Source: Bryobacterales bacterium (GTDB lineage: Bacteria > Acidobacteriota > Terriglobia > Bryobacterales > UBA6623). Taken from it: a DNA stretch of 64,000 nt. The notes beneath the pieces are model-generated. The model was not told the DNA's origin and did not search any database. It worked only from the letters and a program-made list of their open reading frames with translations. Positions 53,973 through 64,000 of the stretch are shown here, piece after piece. The first letter of the stretch is position 1. Each line of letters opens with the position of its first letter. Both the position numbers and the translations under genes were made by a program. The stretch is from contig OY729428.2 in NCBI GenBank assembly GCA_963422375.2, positions 2,720,001 through 2,784,000 on the forward strand. Direction: 5' to 3'.

Positions 53973-54578
53973 CTAGCCGCCCCGATTCAGCCAGCGGGTG
54001 CTGAGCCGGCTCGTGACAACGAACAGGATGACGAAGGCGATGCAAGCGAGGAGCGCGAGATGGAGGTTGGCGGCAGCCAGATCCAGCGCCCCCTCGCCGA
54101 ATCGGGCGCCAAGATACACGACACCGAAGTAGCGGATGACGCGAGAGAATGCGATCGCCGCGCAAAACGAGGCCAAGGGCATTTGGAAGATGCCGGCCGC
54201 CAGGACCACCGGCTTCATGGGAAGGGGCAGCGGCACCATGGCGACCGGGATCAGCAGACCCGCACCCCAGCGCCCCACCAGCCGGCTCAGGTGCTCGATG
54301 CCCTCGGGAGACAGCCGCTTGCGCAGCATCGCTTGTCCCGTTCTTCTCGCCAGCACATAGAGCGTCGCGCTGCCGATCACGGATCCCGCGACAGCCAGCC
54401 CGGCAGCGAGGTAGGCGACGTCCGGGCGCGTGAGCGCCTGAGCCAGCAGCAGGGCATCGACGCCCTGCGGCATCGGGACCATCGCGCTGTCGGCTAGGGC
54501 GATGAGGAACACGCCCGTCGGCCCGAGAAACGCGGCCGCGCCCGCGACCCACTCCGCTAGCTGCCGAATCCAGGACAA
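53973..54578 (-). CDS. DedA/YqaA (VTT domain) membrane protein
   Basis: GVFLIALADSAMVPMP.GVD, GSVIGS..LY, P.PLPMK.VLAAG, SRVIRY. Confidence 0.85.
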   Translation of the reverse strand: MSWIRQLAEWVAGAAAFLGPTGVFLIALADSAMVPMPQGVDALLLAQALTRPDVAYLAAGLAVAGSVIGSATLYVLARRTGQAMLRKRLSPEGIEHLSRLVGRWGAGLLIPVAMVPLPLPMKPVVLAAGIFQMPLASFCAAIAFSRVIRYFGVVYLGARFGEGALDLAAANLHLALLACIAFVILFVVTSRLSTRWLNRGG

Positions 54579-55064
54579 GAGCGCCGCGCAACCCTATTGT
54601 GGCGCAGGGAGGGGCCGACGCGCCCGCGCTGGCCTCGCCGCTCTCGCACGGCCAACGAAATACTGCGCGTCCCTATCCTCGCCACCGGACCGCCACCCCT
54701 GCGGGCAGCCAAGGCTGGAGCCAGCCAACCCGTCCCGAGGCAGCAGTGGTTCACAGCGCTGCGTGCAGTAGCGGGCGATCTGGGCGAGTCTTGCAGCGCA
54801 CTCCGCCTACGTCGAGCGGGCGTTTCGGCAATCGGCGCATTGGAATCGCTCCCGACTACCGGCGGCACCCCTTGGAATCATCGGTCAAGCCCTTCATCCG
54901 AACATTGAGCGCACACGCTACGCGGCGCTTCGCGGGTAGAGTAAATCTTGGAATAGAAGCCGCAGCGACTCGAACATGGGCAATGCATGCGAATGGGCAC
55001 TCCGCCGGAATCGCCCTAGCGCCTCGCTGTCTCGAATCCGCGGCGAATCGGAAGGTGACCGGTC

Positions 55065-56617
55065 GTGATCGAGGAACGTCCGAGCAAGGTCTGGAGCAGG
55101 TTGCAGGGCAAGAAGCCTCACATGCCGCATTTCTTGAATTCGGCCCGACTCAAAGGGATTCGATGCATCGAGGATCTTCGAATCGGATTCGAATATCCCG
55201 TCACGGTAATTGCCGGGGGTAATGCAACCGGAAAATCGACGGTGATTTTTGTGGTAGCGAGCGCCTACAGGGTTCCGAGTTCAGGCGTCCTAGACTTCGT
55301 TCCGTCCACGCTCTTTCCCGAATACCGACCGAGTGCCGGGAGACGTCAAGATCGGCGACAGGGTGTGGTACTGGAGTTCCAATATCGCACTCCAATTGGC
55401 GACCAATCCATGCAGTGGAAACGCACTTCCACATGGAATCGCAGCTATCTAGGGCGCAAGGGAGCCAGCCAACCGGAACGACCAGTGTACCTCAGGCCAT
55501 TGAATAACACGAGCAATCCGTCGGAAGCTCGCGAAGTGCTTGGCATGAACCGGCTTAAGTCGGCTCCAGAGGAGGCTCCGCTCACACCACTTCAGATCGA
55601 GTTCGCCCAGAACATGCTGCCGTTCCGATATTCCGAGGTCACGCAGCTTTCCGGGGGCAGCAGGAGGATTCTGCTTGCCGCGCAGCAATCCGGTCCCGCA
55701 TACTCCGAGCTGCACATGGCGGCTGGCGAGCGAGCAGTCCTGCGCCTTGCCCAAGCGATCGTGCAGGCCAAGGGCGTCCTGCTTCTGATCGACGAAGTGG
55801 AGGCGGGACTCCATCCGAGAGTCCAGCATCTCCTGATGCTGCATCTGCAGCAATTGGCATTGCGCCACTCGCTCCAAGTCATCGTCACATCCCATAGCCC
55901 GGTAGTCCTTGACTCCGTACCGCGTCACGCGAGGGTCTTTCTGGAGCGTGACGAGGCGGGGCGCGTTACGACGACCAAAGCCTACAGGGACGTTGTCCAA
56001 GACGCGCTGTACGGGCGGTTTCGCAACTTCCTGCACATTCTATGCGAAGACGAAGCCGCCGAGGCAATCCTCCGGGGGGCATGGACGCCATGGTGCCCGG
56101 CACCAAGACATTCAGGGAGTCAATCCGCATTAGTCGAAACACCGGAGCAGGCGAATTCCCGTCCCAAGCGGCCGCACTCCGCAAGTTCGGTCGGATCCGT
56201 GACTTCGTCTTCGTCCTTGACGGCGACAAGGCCAACGACGAGAGGCCTGTGCGGCGAATCCAAGATGCGGCCGGTTTCACGGTTCCAGTGTTCTTCCTTC
56301 CAAGCGGCAAGGCCCCGGAAGACTGGACCTGGACAAGGCTGCGCGACCGTCGGAAAGGAGTCCTTGCGGAGCTAGGATCCGATTCCAAAGATCTATCCCT
56401 GCGGATGGACCGAATCGACTCTCTCTACGCGGTGGCGGCAGGCAAGCCTGGAGAGGTCGCCAAGTCGAAACTCCGAACGCTCGCCGAGGAGTTCCAGCGG
56501 ACGGCGCCCGAGATCTGCCGCGCCGTCGCCCGCGACAAGGTACGACGGCCGAGCAGCGAATTCCAGCCCTTCGTCGCGAACATGGCGGATGCACTTCAGA
56601 ACTGGCGGGCCAACTAA
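55065..56617 (+). pseudogene. ABC-ATPase-TOPRIM fusion (OLD/PARIS-like ATP-dependent nuclease) with a single frameshift at the G6 tract 56074-56079
   Basis: Frame 1: Walker A GGNATGKST, MAAGE, Walker B LLLIDEVEAGLHP, VTSHS, TOPRIM ILCEDEAAE. Frame 2: FVFVLDGD, FFLP...PEDW. One added nt gives a continuous 517 aa protein. Confidence 0.8.
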
Positions 56618-56816
56618 CGGCCCGTGGGCACGGTCCGTCCGACCGGTTCGGCGACGAGTGGAATCTCCGGCTGCGAATTCACTCTGCGACGGTCGCCGGG
56701 CAGGGTCTCGCGTCCGAGCGGGACTGCAGTCCGTTCCGCCGCTCCCGCTAGAAACGCAGCGACCGTAGCCCCTCGTTACATCCGGGCTATTGCCAACGAA
56801 CCGTCAAGATCATCCT

Positions 56817-59783
56817 CTACGCACCGCCCTCGAGCGTCGAGAGGAATTCCAGCAAGTCGACCAGCTCCTGCGTCGTCATGGCGCTGGCCAAGTCTTCGGG
56901 CATGATCGACAGGCTGCCCTGGCGCCGCTCCAGGATGTCGGACGGCGACAGGCGGAGCTCGTCCGCCGCCTCCGTGCGGACGACCAGCCGGTCCGGCGAG
57001 TCCTCGACCAGGATCCCGGTGACCAGGCCGTGGCTGGCCGTGTCGAGGATCCACGACACGTACTCGGGGGCGATGCCGGCGCTGGGATGCAGGATCGCGT
57101 TCAGCATGCCCTCCTTGCCGTACTTGGACGCGATGGCCGCCAGGCTCGGTCCCACGAGTTCCTCGCCGGCCACCAGAGAATGGCACTTGGCGCAGTTTCC
57201 GCCAGTCTTGCGGTGGTAGGCGGCGCGGCCCCGCTCGGCGCTGCCGACACCTTCGACAATCTCCCGGACGCGCACCAGCGGGCGCTCGTTCCTGCTCTTC
57301 GGGACCGGCAGCAGGCTTGCGGCCCGAGATCGGATCTGGGGGTCCCGCGCTCGGTGAACGATGCTCGCGGCGACGGCGCGCATCTCCGCCGGGAGCTCCC
57401 GCGACTCCTCCATGTCAAGGATCAGCCTCTGGCCGGACGGGCGCCTGCCAAGGGTGCGGAGCGACGCGCTGCGGACTTCGTTGGGAGCGTCCGACAGGAT
57501 GGCCGCCCGGAGCGTGGATTCGAGGTCGTCGGGGTTCGCGGCCGCGAGGCCGTCCACGGCGGCGAGACGCAGGGCCGCAGGCCCCTCGGACAGCTGCCTG
57601 CGCAGCATGTCGGCCGATCCGGGCCCGCGGGTCGCTCCCAGCGCGCGGATAGCCGTCGCCCGCTCGGCCTCGTCGGCCGACTCGTCCGCCGCGAAGCGCT
57701 GGAGCTGGGCCGCCATCGATGGGTCGGCCAGCAGCGAGGCGAGTTCCAGCCCCGCCGGGCGCGTCGCGGGATCGTCAAGCGCCGCTCCCACGGCCGCCAG
57801 CACGCGCGCATGCCGCCGGTGGTCACTCCACTCGCTGAAGAGCTGCTTGCCGAGGAAGTACAGCGCGCGCCGACGCAGCTCCGGCGGGCTGGAGCCGTCC
57901 GAGGCAATCGACGCGACCGCAAGGGCAACCGGTTCTCCAGGCAGCCATCCGAGGGCGTCGAGCGCCTCGACGCGCCGGTCGGCCGGGACCGCGGGGTCCC
58001 CGGCCACGCTCGTCAGATACCGCCGGGAAGCCGGGGCCTGCAGGACCCGATAGAGGTCGGAAGTCTTGGGGTCCCAAGCCGGGCGCTGCGATCGCAGCGC
58101 CCTGAACAGCGCATCTTCCGCTCCCCGGGCGGCAATTCCCAGAGCCGCGAGATACCAGCGGTCGGCGCCGTCGTAGCCGGAGGCCAGCCGCAGCCACGTA
58201 GCGAGCCGCTCGCCCGCGGGCAGTGCCCGCAGCATGACTGCCGCTTCGCGGCGAACCTGCGGGTCCGGATCCTCCGCGAGTTCCGCGACCCGGTCGGCGA
58301 GACCGAGGCCGTGCAGCCGCGCGACGCGGAGCGCCAGGATCCGGAAGCGCGGGTCGTCCGACTCGAACGCCTCGCCCAGCGCGGAGCGGCCTTCCGCGCC
58401 TAGCCCCGCCAGCATCCAGAGCGAGCGTGCCCGAGTCGTCTCCGCGCCGTCCCGCCATGCGCCCAGGAGGATTCGCAGGCGCTCGCCCTCCGTCCGCAGG
58501 GCGAGTTCCTGGTAGCCGCGATAGCGCGTGGCTTGGTTCGGCGACGAGAAAGCCGCGACCAAGCCCTCGTCGCTCTCGAGGTCCAGCGCCGGCGCGACGA
58601 AGCGATGGCTGATCGGCGCCAGCCGGAATATCCTGCCGCGCTCGATGTCGCGCATGTCGTGCCCGCCGACCACCGGATCCTGCCAGTCGGCGACGAATAC
58701 CGATCCGTCCGGAGCCACGGCGATGTCGCTCGGGCGAAAGACCGGATCGGTGCTGACCACGGTGTTCTCCGCGTCCAGCGAGTATCCCGCTCCGTCCGGG
58801 CGGACGCGGAACGTCTGGACGAGACGCTTGCCCGGCTCGGCATGGAGGAGCTGGTTGCGGTACTTCGGCGGCAGCAGGCTCCCCTCGTAAACGACGAGGC
58901 CGGTCGGGGAGCCCGGACCGGTGCGGGCCACGTAGGGGACCGTGCCGGGCCTCTCCTCGTGGAAGTGCGTGCCTTTGTCCTCCCGCCACCTGCGGCCGCC
59001 CGGGCCCCAGTAGCCGAAGTCGGCGCCCTCCATCACGTAGAGCAGGCGCGTCCACTGGTTGCCGTCGTCGTCGTTGTCCGTCTGCCAGATCGAGCCGAAG
59101 GAGTCGAGCGCGATCTCGTACGGATTCCGCGCGTTGTGGGCGAGCACGCGGAAGTCCGTGCCGTCCGGGTTCATCGATTGCACCGTCGCCGCGTAGTAGG
59201 GGCCGTCCCTGCCGCTGCGAAAGGACCTGCCGGACCGGTCGGTCGTGTCGAATCCCTGATCGCCCGAATTGAAGTAGTACCGGCCGTCGTGCCCGAAGAG
59301 GACGACATGGAGCCCGTGGTCGTGGTCGATGCCGCGCCACCCTGTAAGCAGCGTCTCTTTCGAGACGATCCGGTCGTCCTCGTCCTTCGTGTACACGATC
59401 AAGTCCGGCGACTGGGACACCACGACCTTGCTCCCCAGCACGGAAATGCCGAGGGGCGCCAGCATACCGGGATGCTGGTCGAATACCTTGCGCGAATCCG
59501 CCCGGCCGTCGCCGTCGGTGTCCGCGAGGATCACGATGCGGTCGCCCGACTCGTCGTTCCAGGGCTTGCGCCTCAGGTCGCTGCGATAGTTGACGGACTC
59601 GACGAACCAGACGCGACCGCGCTCGTCGATGTCGAAATTGGTCGGGTTCACCAGCAGCGGCTCGCTGGCCCAGACCGTCATCTCGAGACCCGGCGCGACC
59701 TCGAATTGCTCGCCGGCCTGCGGAGGCGATACGCTGCAACCGGTCGCGAGCGCGGCCGCGGCGACCGCTAGGAAGGACCTCAT
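56817..59783 (-). CDS. PVC-type membrane-bound dehydrogenase-like lipoprotein: beta-propeller, HEAT repeats, cytochrome c
   Basis: Lipobox ATGC; WASEPLLVNPT.FDIDERGR, DTDGDGRAD, DHDHGLH, RNPYE, DNDDDG, FRPSD; HEAT repeats; CAKCH...VGPSL...SIMPE. Confidence 0.88.
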   Translation of the reverse strand: MRSFLAVAAAALATGCSVSPPQAGEQFEVAPGLEMTVWASEPLLVNPTNFDIDERGRVWFVESVNYRSDLRRKPWNDESGDRIVILADTDGDGRADSRKVFDQHPGMLAPLGISVLGSKVVVSQSPDLIVYTKDEDDRIVSKETLLTGWRGIDHDHGLHVVLFGHDGRYYFNSGDQGFDTTDRSGRSFRSGRDGPYYAATVQSMNPDGTDFRVLAHNARNPYEIALDSFGSIWQTDNDDDGNQWTRLLYVMEGADFGYWGPGGRRWREDKGTHFHEERPGTVPYVARTGPGSPTGLVVYEGSLLPPKYRNQLLHAEPGKRLVQTFRVRPDGAGYSLDAENTVVSTDPVFRPSDIAVAPDGSVFVADWQDPVVGGHDMRDIERGRIFRLAPISHRFVAPALDLESDEGLVAAFSSPNQATRYRGYQELALRTEGERLRILLGAWRDGAETTRARSLWMLAGLGAEGRSALGEAFESDDPRFRILALRVARLHGLGLADRVAELAEDPDPQVRREAAVMLRALPAGERLATWLRLASGYDGADRWYLAALGIAARGAEDALFRALRSQRPAWDPKTSDLYRVLQAPASRRYLTSVAGDPAVPADRRVEALDALGWLPGEPVALAVASIASDGSSPPELRRRALYFLGKQLFSEWSDHRRHARVLAAVGAALDDPATRPAGLELASLLADPSMAAQLQRFAADESADEAERATAIRALGATRGPGSADMLRRQLSEGPAALRLAAVDGLAAANPDDLESTLRAAILSDAPNEVRSASLRTLGRRPSGQRLILDMEESRELPAEMRAVAASIVHRARDPQIRSRAASLLPVPKSRNERPLVRVREIVEGVGSAERGRAAYHRKTGGNCAKCHSLVAGEELVGPSLAAIASKYGKEGMLNAILHPSAGIAPEYVSWILDTASHGLVTGILVEDSPDRLVVRTEAADELRLSPSDILERRQGSLSIMPEDLASAMTTQELVDLLEFLSTLEGGA

Positions 59784-59790
59784 CGCCTCG

Positions 59791-59796
59791 ATTCTA
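59791..59796 (-). promoter_or_regulatory. Putative -10 box (TAGAAT) 7 nt before ATG 59783
   Basis: TAGAAT cgaggcg ATG. Confidence 0.5.
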
Positions 59797-59941
59797 CCGA
59801 GGATGCCCGAGCGGGCGCTCGGCGTGGGCGCGGTCCGGAAGAACGAACTGCCCGCGCCGCGAGATGGGCCCTATTTCGCCGCGCAGGGACCTGCATTCCG
59901 GGTGCCGGAGCTTGGCTCGCCTCTATATAATGTCAAGCGGA

Positions 59942-62900
59942 ATGCATGGTCGTCTTTATCCGATCCCAGCCCTAACGTTCGCCTGCGCCCTCCTGGTCGG
60001 CGCCCCGCTCCCTGCCGCAGTCAACTTCCAGTCGGACGTGCGCCCGCTGCTCGCGGACAAATGCTTCCAGTGCCACGGTCCCGACGCCGCGACGCGCATC
60101 GCGGATCTGCGCCTAGACCGCAAGGAAGGCCTGCTGGGGCATCGGCCGGCCGGCGCCCCGGTGGTGCCCGGTGATCCCGACTCCAGCCTGCTCTACCAGC
60201 GCATCGTCCACGAGGACGACGCCCTGCGCATGCCGCCGGAGTACTCGCACAAGTCGCTCGACAGCCGGGATATCGACACGCTGCGCGCCTGGATCAAGGA
60301 GGGCGCCGAATGGAGCGGCCACTGGGCATTCGAGATCCCCAAGCGGCCCGAGCTGCCAGCCGCGCAGGAGGAGGGCTGGGCGCGCAACCCGATCGACCGG
60401 TTCGTGCTGGCAAGACTGGAGCGCGAGGGCTTGCGGCCCGCGCCCGAGGCGGACCGGCGGACTCTCGCGCGGCGGGCGGCGCTTGACGTAACGGGCCTGC
60501 CGCCCGCTCCCGCAATCGTGGAGAGATTCATCGCCGACGAGCAGCCGGGGGCCTACCAGCGCTATCTCGACGAGCTGTTCGGCATGAAGTCGTACGGGGA
60601 GAACCGTGCCCGGTATTGGCTGGACGCCGCACGCTACGCCGACACGCACGGCATCCACATCGACAACTACCGCGAGATGTGGCCCTACCGCGACTGGGTC
60701 ATCGACGCCTTCAACCGCAACCTGCCGTTCGACCGGTTCACCGTGGAGCAGGTCGCGGGCGACCTCCTGCCCGAGCCCACCATGGACCAGCTGATCGCCT
60801 CGGGATTCCATCGCTGCAACGCCACCACCAACGAGGGCGGCGTCATTCCCGAAGAGTACGAGGTGATCTACGCCAAGGACCGGGCCGACACCACGGGCAC
60901 GGTCTTTCTAGGACTGACGGTCGGCTGCGCGACCTGCCACGACCACAAGTTCGACCCGATCACGCAGCGCGACTTCTACGCCATGACGGCGTTCTTCCGA
61001 AACACCACCCAGTACGTCATGGACGGCAACATCTCGGACACCCCGCCGTTCATCATCGTGCCCCGCGCCGAGGACCGCGAGGCGTACGACGAGACCCGGA
61101 ATTCCTTGCGGGAGGCACGGGCGGCGCTCGCGGAGGAGGCGGCGGCTCCGGGCGCGGAGTTCGAGAAATGGCTGGCCGACGGCACCTATCGCGAGCTTTC
61201 TAGCCCGTTGGAGTCGGAGAGCGCGCCGCTACGCGTGAGCGCCACCCACCTAGTGCAAGGAGGCGTCGCGCAGGATCTGGCGCTGCCGGAGGGGGTCGCC
61301 GTGTCCGAGGGTCCCGCGGCCAACGTCAAGGCGCTGGAATTCGGCGAGAGCGCCTTCCTAGAGGTGCCTTCATCCGGAATCGACCGGGACAAGCCGTTTT
61401 CGCTGGCGTTCTGGGTGCTCCATCCGAAGGACGCCGGCAGCTACGTGGTCGCCAGCCAGACCGATCCCGCGAACAAGATGCGCGGCTGGGCCGTGACGCT
61501 CGGAGGCCGGCAGATCGTCTTCAAGATGACCGCCGCCAAGGAGGACGAGGCGTCCAGCATCGAGATCCGGCCCAACAACCAGTACCAGCTGGAGCCGGGC
61601 TCCTGGCGGCACGTCACGATCACCTACGACGGTTCGGGCGAGCGAGCCGGCCTGAGCTTCTACTTCAACGGCGAGCGCATGCCGTTCCAGGGAAGCGAGT
61701 ACTTCGCCAAGCTCGAGGGCCCGGCGGGGTCGGACCGCCCCATCCTGCTCGGTCGCGGCTTCTACAAGGACGACGAAGAAGTCAAGCACCGCGGCTTCGG
61801 GGGCGGCGGACTCGCCGACGTGCGGATCTTCGACCGGGAGCTCAGCCTCGAGGAAGCGACCGTGATCGCCAACTGGCCGGCGATCGAGGCCGCGCTGTCC
61901 AAGCCGCCCGCCGAGCTGTCCGACGAGGAGAAGCGCGTCCTAGCGCTGCACTACCTCAACGTGCATGACGAGACCTACCGCTCCAACTTCCTCGCCGCGA
62001 AGCGGGCGGAGCGCGAGATCCGCGAGGTCCGCCGCCGGGGCGCGGTGACGCACGTCATGCAAGAGCGCGAGGGCAGCGCGGCCGAGGCGCACATCCTGTT
62101 CCGCGGCATGTACGACCAGCGGCGGGAGAGCGTCCCCGCCGCCACGCCCGGGTTCCTGCCCTCGGTACCGGCGTCCGGTTCGATGAACCGCATGGATCTG
62201 GCGCGGTGGCTGGTGGACGAGTCCAACCCCCTGACGGCCCGGGTGGCAGTCAACCGCTTCTGGCAGCAGATTTTCGGAACCGGATTGGTCCGAACCAGCG
62301 ACGACTTCGGGGCGCAGGGCGAGCCGCCCTCGCATCCGGCGCTGCTGGACTGGGTGGCGGTGGAGTTCCGTGAATCGGGCTGGGACATCAAGGCCCTGCT
62401 GCGCACTATGCTCTCGTCCGCCACCTACCGGCAGTCATCCGAGGCCGGGGCGGCCAAGCTGGAGCGGGATCCCGAGAACCGGCTGCTGTCGCGCGGCCCG
62501 CGCTTCCGCATGGACGCCGAGATGCTGCGCGACTTCGGGCTCGCGGCCAGCGGCATCCTGGTCGAGAAGATCGGCGGCCCTAGCGTGAAGCCGTACCAGC
62601 CCGACGGCGTCTGGGAAGCGGTGGCCATGCTGGACAGCAACACGCGTTTCTACAAGCGGGACCACGGCGACAGGCTCTACCGCCGCAGCCTGTACACCTT
62701 CTGGAAGCGCGCCGCGCCGCCCGCCTCGATGCAGATCTTCAACGCGCCCACGCGGGAGCACGCCACGGTGCGGCGCGAGCGCACCAACACGCCGCTGCAG
62801 GCCTTGGTGACGATGAACGACACCCAGTTCGTCGAGGCCGCCCGCTTCCTCGCCCAGAAGGCCCTGCGCGAAGCGGAACCGGAGTTCGCCGACCGCCTCG

Positions 62901-63133
62901 GGTTCATCACCGCGCGGCTGCTCTCCCGCCGGTTCGGGGAGAGCGAGCTCCGGGTGGCCCGGGAGAGCTTCGACGGCTTCCTAGGCCACTACCAAGAGGA
63001 CGGCGAGGACGCCGACCGGTTGCTGACCACCGGGGAGTGGCCGGTCGACGAGACGCTGCCCGGCCCGGAACTGGCGGCATGGACGATGATGGCCAACCAG
63101 CTGATGAACCTGGACGAGGCCCTGAACAAGTGA
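59942..63133 (+). CDS. Planctomycete-type cytochrome c protein (DUF1549/DUF1553) with LamG-like insert
   Basis: VRPLLADKCFQCHGPD, RMPP, WIKEGA, NPIDRF, WLDAARYADTHG, YRDWVI, GCATCHDHKFDPI, NPLTARVAVNRFWQ, PSHPALLDW, RRSLYTF, TNTPLQAL. A TATAAT at 59926-59931 precedes it. Confidence 0.92.
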   Translation: MHGRLYPIPALTFACALLVGAPLPAAVNFQSDVRPLLADKCFQCHGPDAATRIADLRLDRKEGLLGHRPAGAPVVPGDPDSSLLYQRIVHEDDALRMPPEYSHKSLDSRDIDTLRAWIKEGAEWSGHWAFEIPKRPELPAAQEEGWARNPIDRFVLARLEREGLRPAPEADRRTLARRAALDVTGLPPAPAIVERFIADEQPGAYQRYLDELFGMKSYGENRARYWLDAARYADTHGIHIDNYREMWPYRDWVIDAFNRNLPFDRFTVEQVAGDLLPEPTMDQLIASGFHRCNATTNEGGVIPEEYEVIYAKDRADTTGTVFLGLTVGCATCHDHKFDPITQRDFYAMTAFFRNTTQYVMDGNISDTPPFIIVPRAEDREAYDETRNSLREARAALAEEAAAPGAEFEKWLADGTYRELSSPLESESAPLRVSATHLVQGGVAQDLALPEGVAVSEGPAANVKALEFGESAFLEVPSSGIDRDKPFSLAFWVLHPKDAGSYVVASQTDPANKMRGWAVTLGGRQIVFKMTAAKEDEASSIEIRPNNQYQLEPGSWRHVTITYDGSGERAGLSFYFNGERMPFQGSEYFAKLEGPAGSDRPILLGRGFYKDDEEVKHRGFGGGGLADVRIFDRELSLEEATVIANWPAIEAALSKPPAELSDEEKRVLALHYLNVHDETYRSNFLAAKRAEREIREVRRRGAVTHVMQEREGSAAEAHILFRGMYDQRRESVPAATPGFLPSVPASGSMNRMDLARWLVDESNPLTARVAVNRFWQQIFGTGLVRTSDDFGAQGEPPSHPALLDWVAVEFRESGWDIKALLRTMLSSATYRQSSEAGAAKLERDPENRLLSRGPRFRMDAEMLRDFGLAASGILVEKIGGPSVKPYQPDGVWEAVAMLDSNTRFYKRDHGDRLYRRSLYTFWKRAAPPASMQIFNAPTREHATVRRERTNTPLQALVTMNDTQFVEAARFLAQKALREAEPEFADRLGFITARLLSRRFGESELRVARESFDGFLGHYQEDGEDADRLLTTGEWPVDETLPGPELAAWTMMANQLMNLDEALNK

Positions 63134-63182
63134 AGCACGGATCGGACGCGTCCCGGGCGATCCGCACAGGGAGGGACACCCA

Positions 63183-64000
63183 ATGAATTCGGTCGAGCAG
63201 CAAGCGATCCGCACCGAGACCCGCAGACAGTTCTTCGCCCGCCAGGCCAAGGGCATCGGAGGCATCGCGCTCGCCAGCCTGATGGCGGACGACGCGCGGG
63301 CGTCCAAGACCGGCAGCGCCGGGCTCGGCGGCCTGGACTACCTGCCGCATTTCGCTCCCACCGCGAAGCGCTGCGTCTACCTCCACATGATGGGCGCGCC
63401 GCCCCAGATGGACCTGCTGGACTACAAGCCGGCCATGCAGGACTGGTACGACAAGGATCTCCCGGAATCGGTGCGCCAGGGCCAGCGGCTGACGACCATG
63501 ACGTCCGGCCAGGCGCGCTTCCCGATCGCCCCGTCCGTGTTCGAGTTCTCGCAGCACGGGCAGAGCGGCGCGTGGTTCTCGGAAATCCTGCCGCTGACGG
63601 CCAGCATGGCGGACGACCTCTGCGTCATCCGCTCGATGAACACGGACGCGATCAACCACGAGCCCGCGATCACGTTCATCCAGACCGGCCGCGAGGTGCC
63701 GGGCCGGCCGTGCATCGGGTCGTGGATCTCGTACGGCCTCGGCAGCCTGAACCGCGACCTTCCGACGTTCGTGGTCATGAACGCCGAGCGCAGCCACCCG
63801 AAGGCCGGGCAGCAGGCGATCTCGGCCAAGCTCTGGAGCTCGGGCTTCCTGTCGCCCGAGTACGCCGGTGTCGGGCTCCGCGCCGGCGCGGACCCGGTGC
63901 TGTACGTCAACAACCCGGACGGCGTGACCCAGAACGTGCGGCGGCGCATGCTGGACGGTCTCGCGCGGCTGAACCAGATGCAGCACGAGCGCATCGGGGA
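63183..64000 (+). CDS. DUF1501 family Tat-exported protein (partial, runs off the window)
   Basis: Manual translation: MNSVEQQAIRTETRRQFF...LPHFAPTAKRCVYLHMMGAPPQMDLLDYKP...DDLCVIRSMNTDAINHEPA...GRPCIGSWISYGLGS..DLPTFVV...WSSGFL. Confidence 0.9.
   Translation, partial: MNSVEQQAIRTETRRQFFARQAKGIGGIALASLMADDARASKTGSAGLGGLDYLPHFAPTAKRCVYLHMMGAPPQMDLLDYKPAMQDWYDKDLPESVRQGQRLTTMTSGQARFPIAPSVFEFSQHGQSGAWFSEILPLTASMADDLCVIRSMNTDAINHEPAITFIQTGREVPGRPCIGSWISYGLGSLNRDLPTFVVMNAERSHPKAGQQAISAKLWSSGFLSPEYAGVGLRAGADPVLYVNNPDGVTQNVRRRMLDGLARLNQMQHERIG

Noticed and set aside
56640..56700. Imperfect stem-loop after the ATPase-TOPRIM gene as an ncRNA
   Set aside because: Pairing is modest for GC-rich DNA and no RNA family motif is recognisable. 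At most it is a terminator between convergent genes.

Overview
A GC-rich bacterial chromosomal segment. The gene content (WaaA-LpxK, GlnE, DUF1549/DUF1553 plus DUF1501, a PVC-type CxxCH dehydrogenase, PQQ-like propeller, sulfatases, Uma2) suggests Acidobacteriota, Bryobacterales-like; this assignment is inferred. The backbone carries housekeeping genes (waaA-lpxK fusion, fumC, mtnA, uvrA, a mrfAB-like helicase/exonuclease pair, dnaG, glnE) and many exported glycan/sulfate-processing enzymes (GH88, GH51, two sulfatases, two Gfo/Idh/MocA oxidoreductases, an IolE-like TIM barrel, DUF1080). Several lower-GC patches hold decaying accessory DNA: (1) an ABC-ATPase + DUF4276 pair with a degenerate Walker B and an internally deleted nuclease; (2) a single-gene ABC-ATPase-TOPRIM fusion frameshifted at a G6 tract; (3) a ZorD-like helicase-C/Mrr nuclease fragment; (4) an ISNCY-type transposon relic with recognisable terminal inverted repeats; (5) a Ser/Thr kinase relic. 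There is also a diverged ~930 bp tandem duplication, an apparently catalytically dead clan GH-A barrel, and a recurring TANNNT box 6-10 nt before start codons that points to leaderless or very short-leader mRNAs. I saw no CRISPR array, tRNA or rRNA, and no intact novel multi-gene system. All family calls come from motif recognition by eye, not from database searches.
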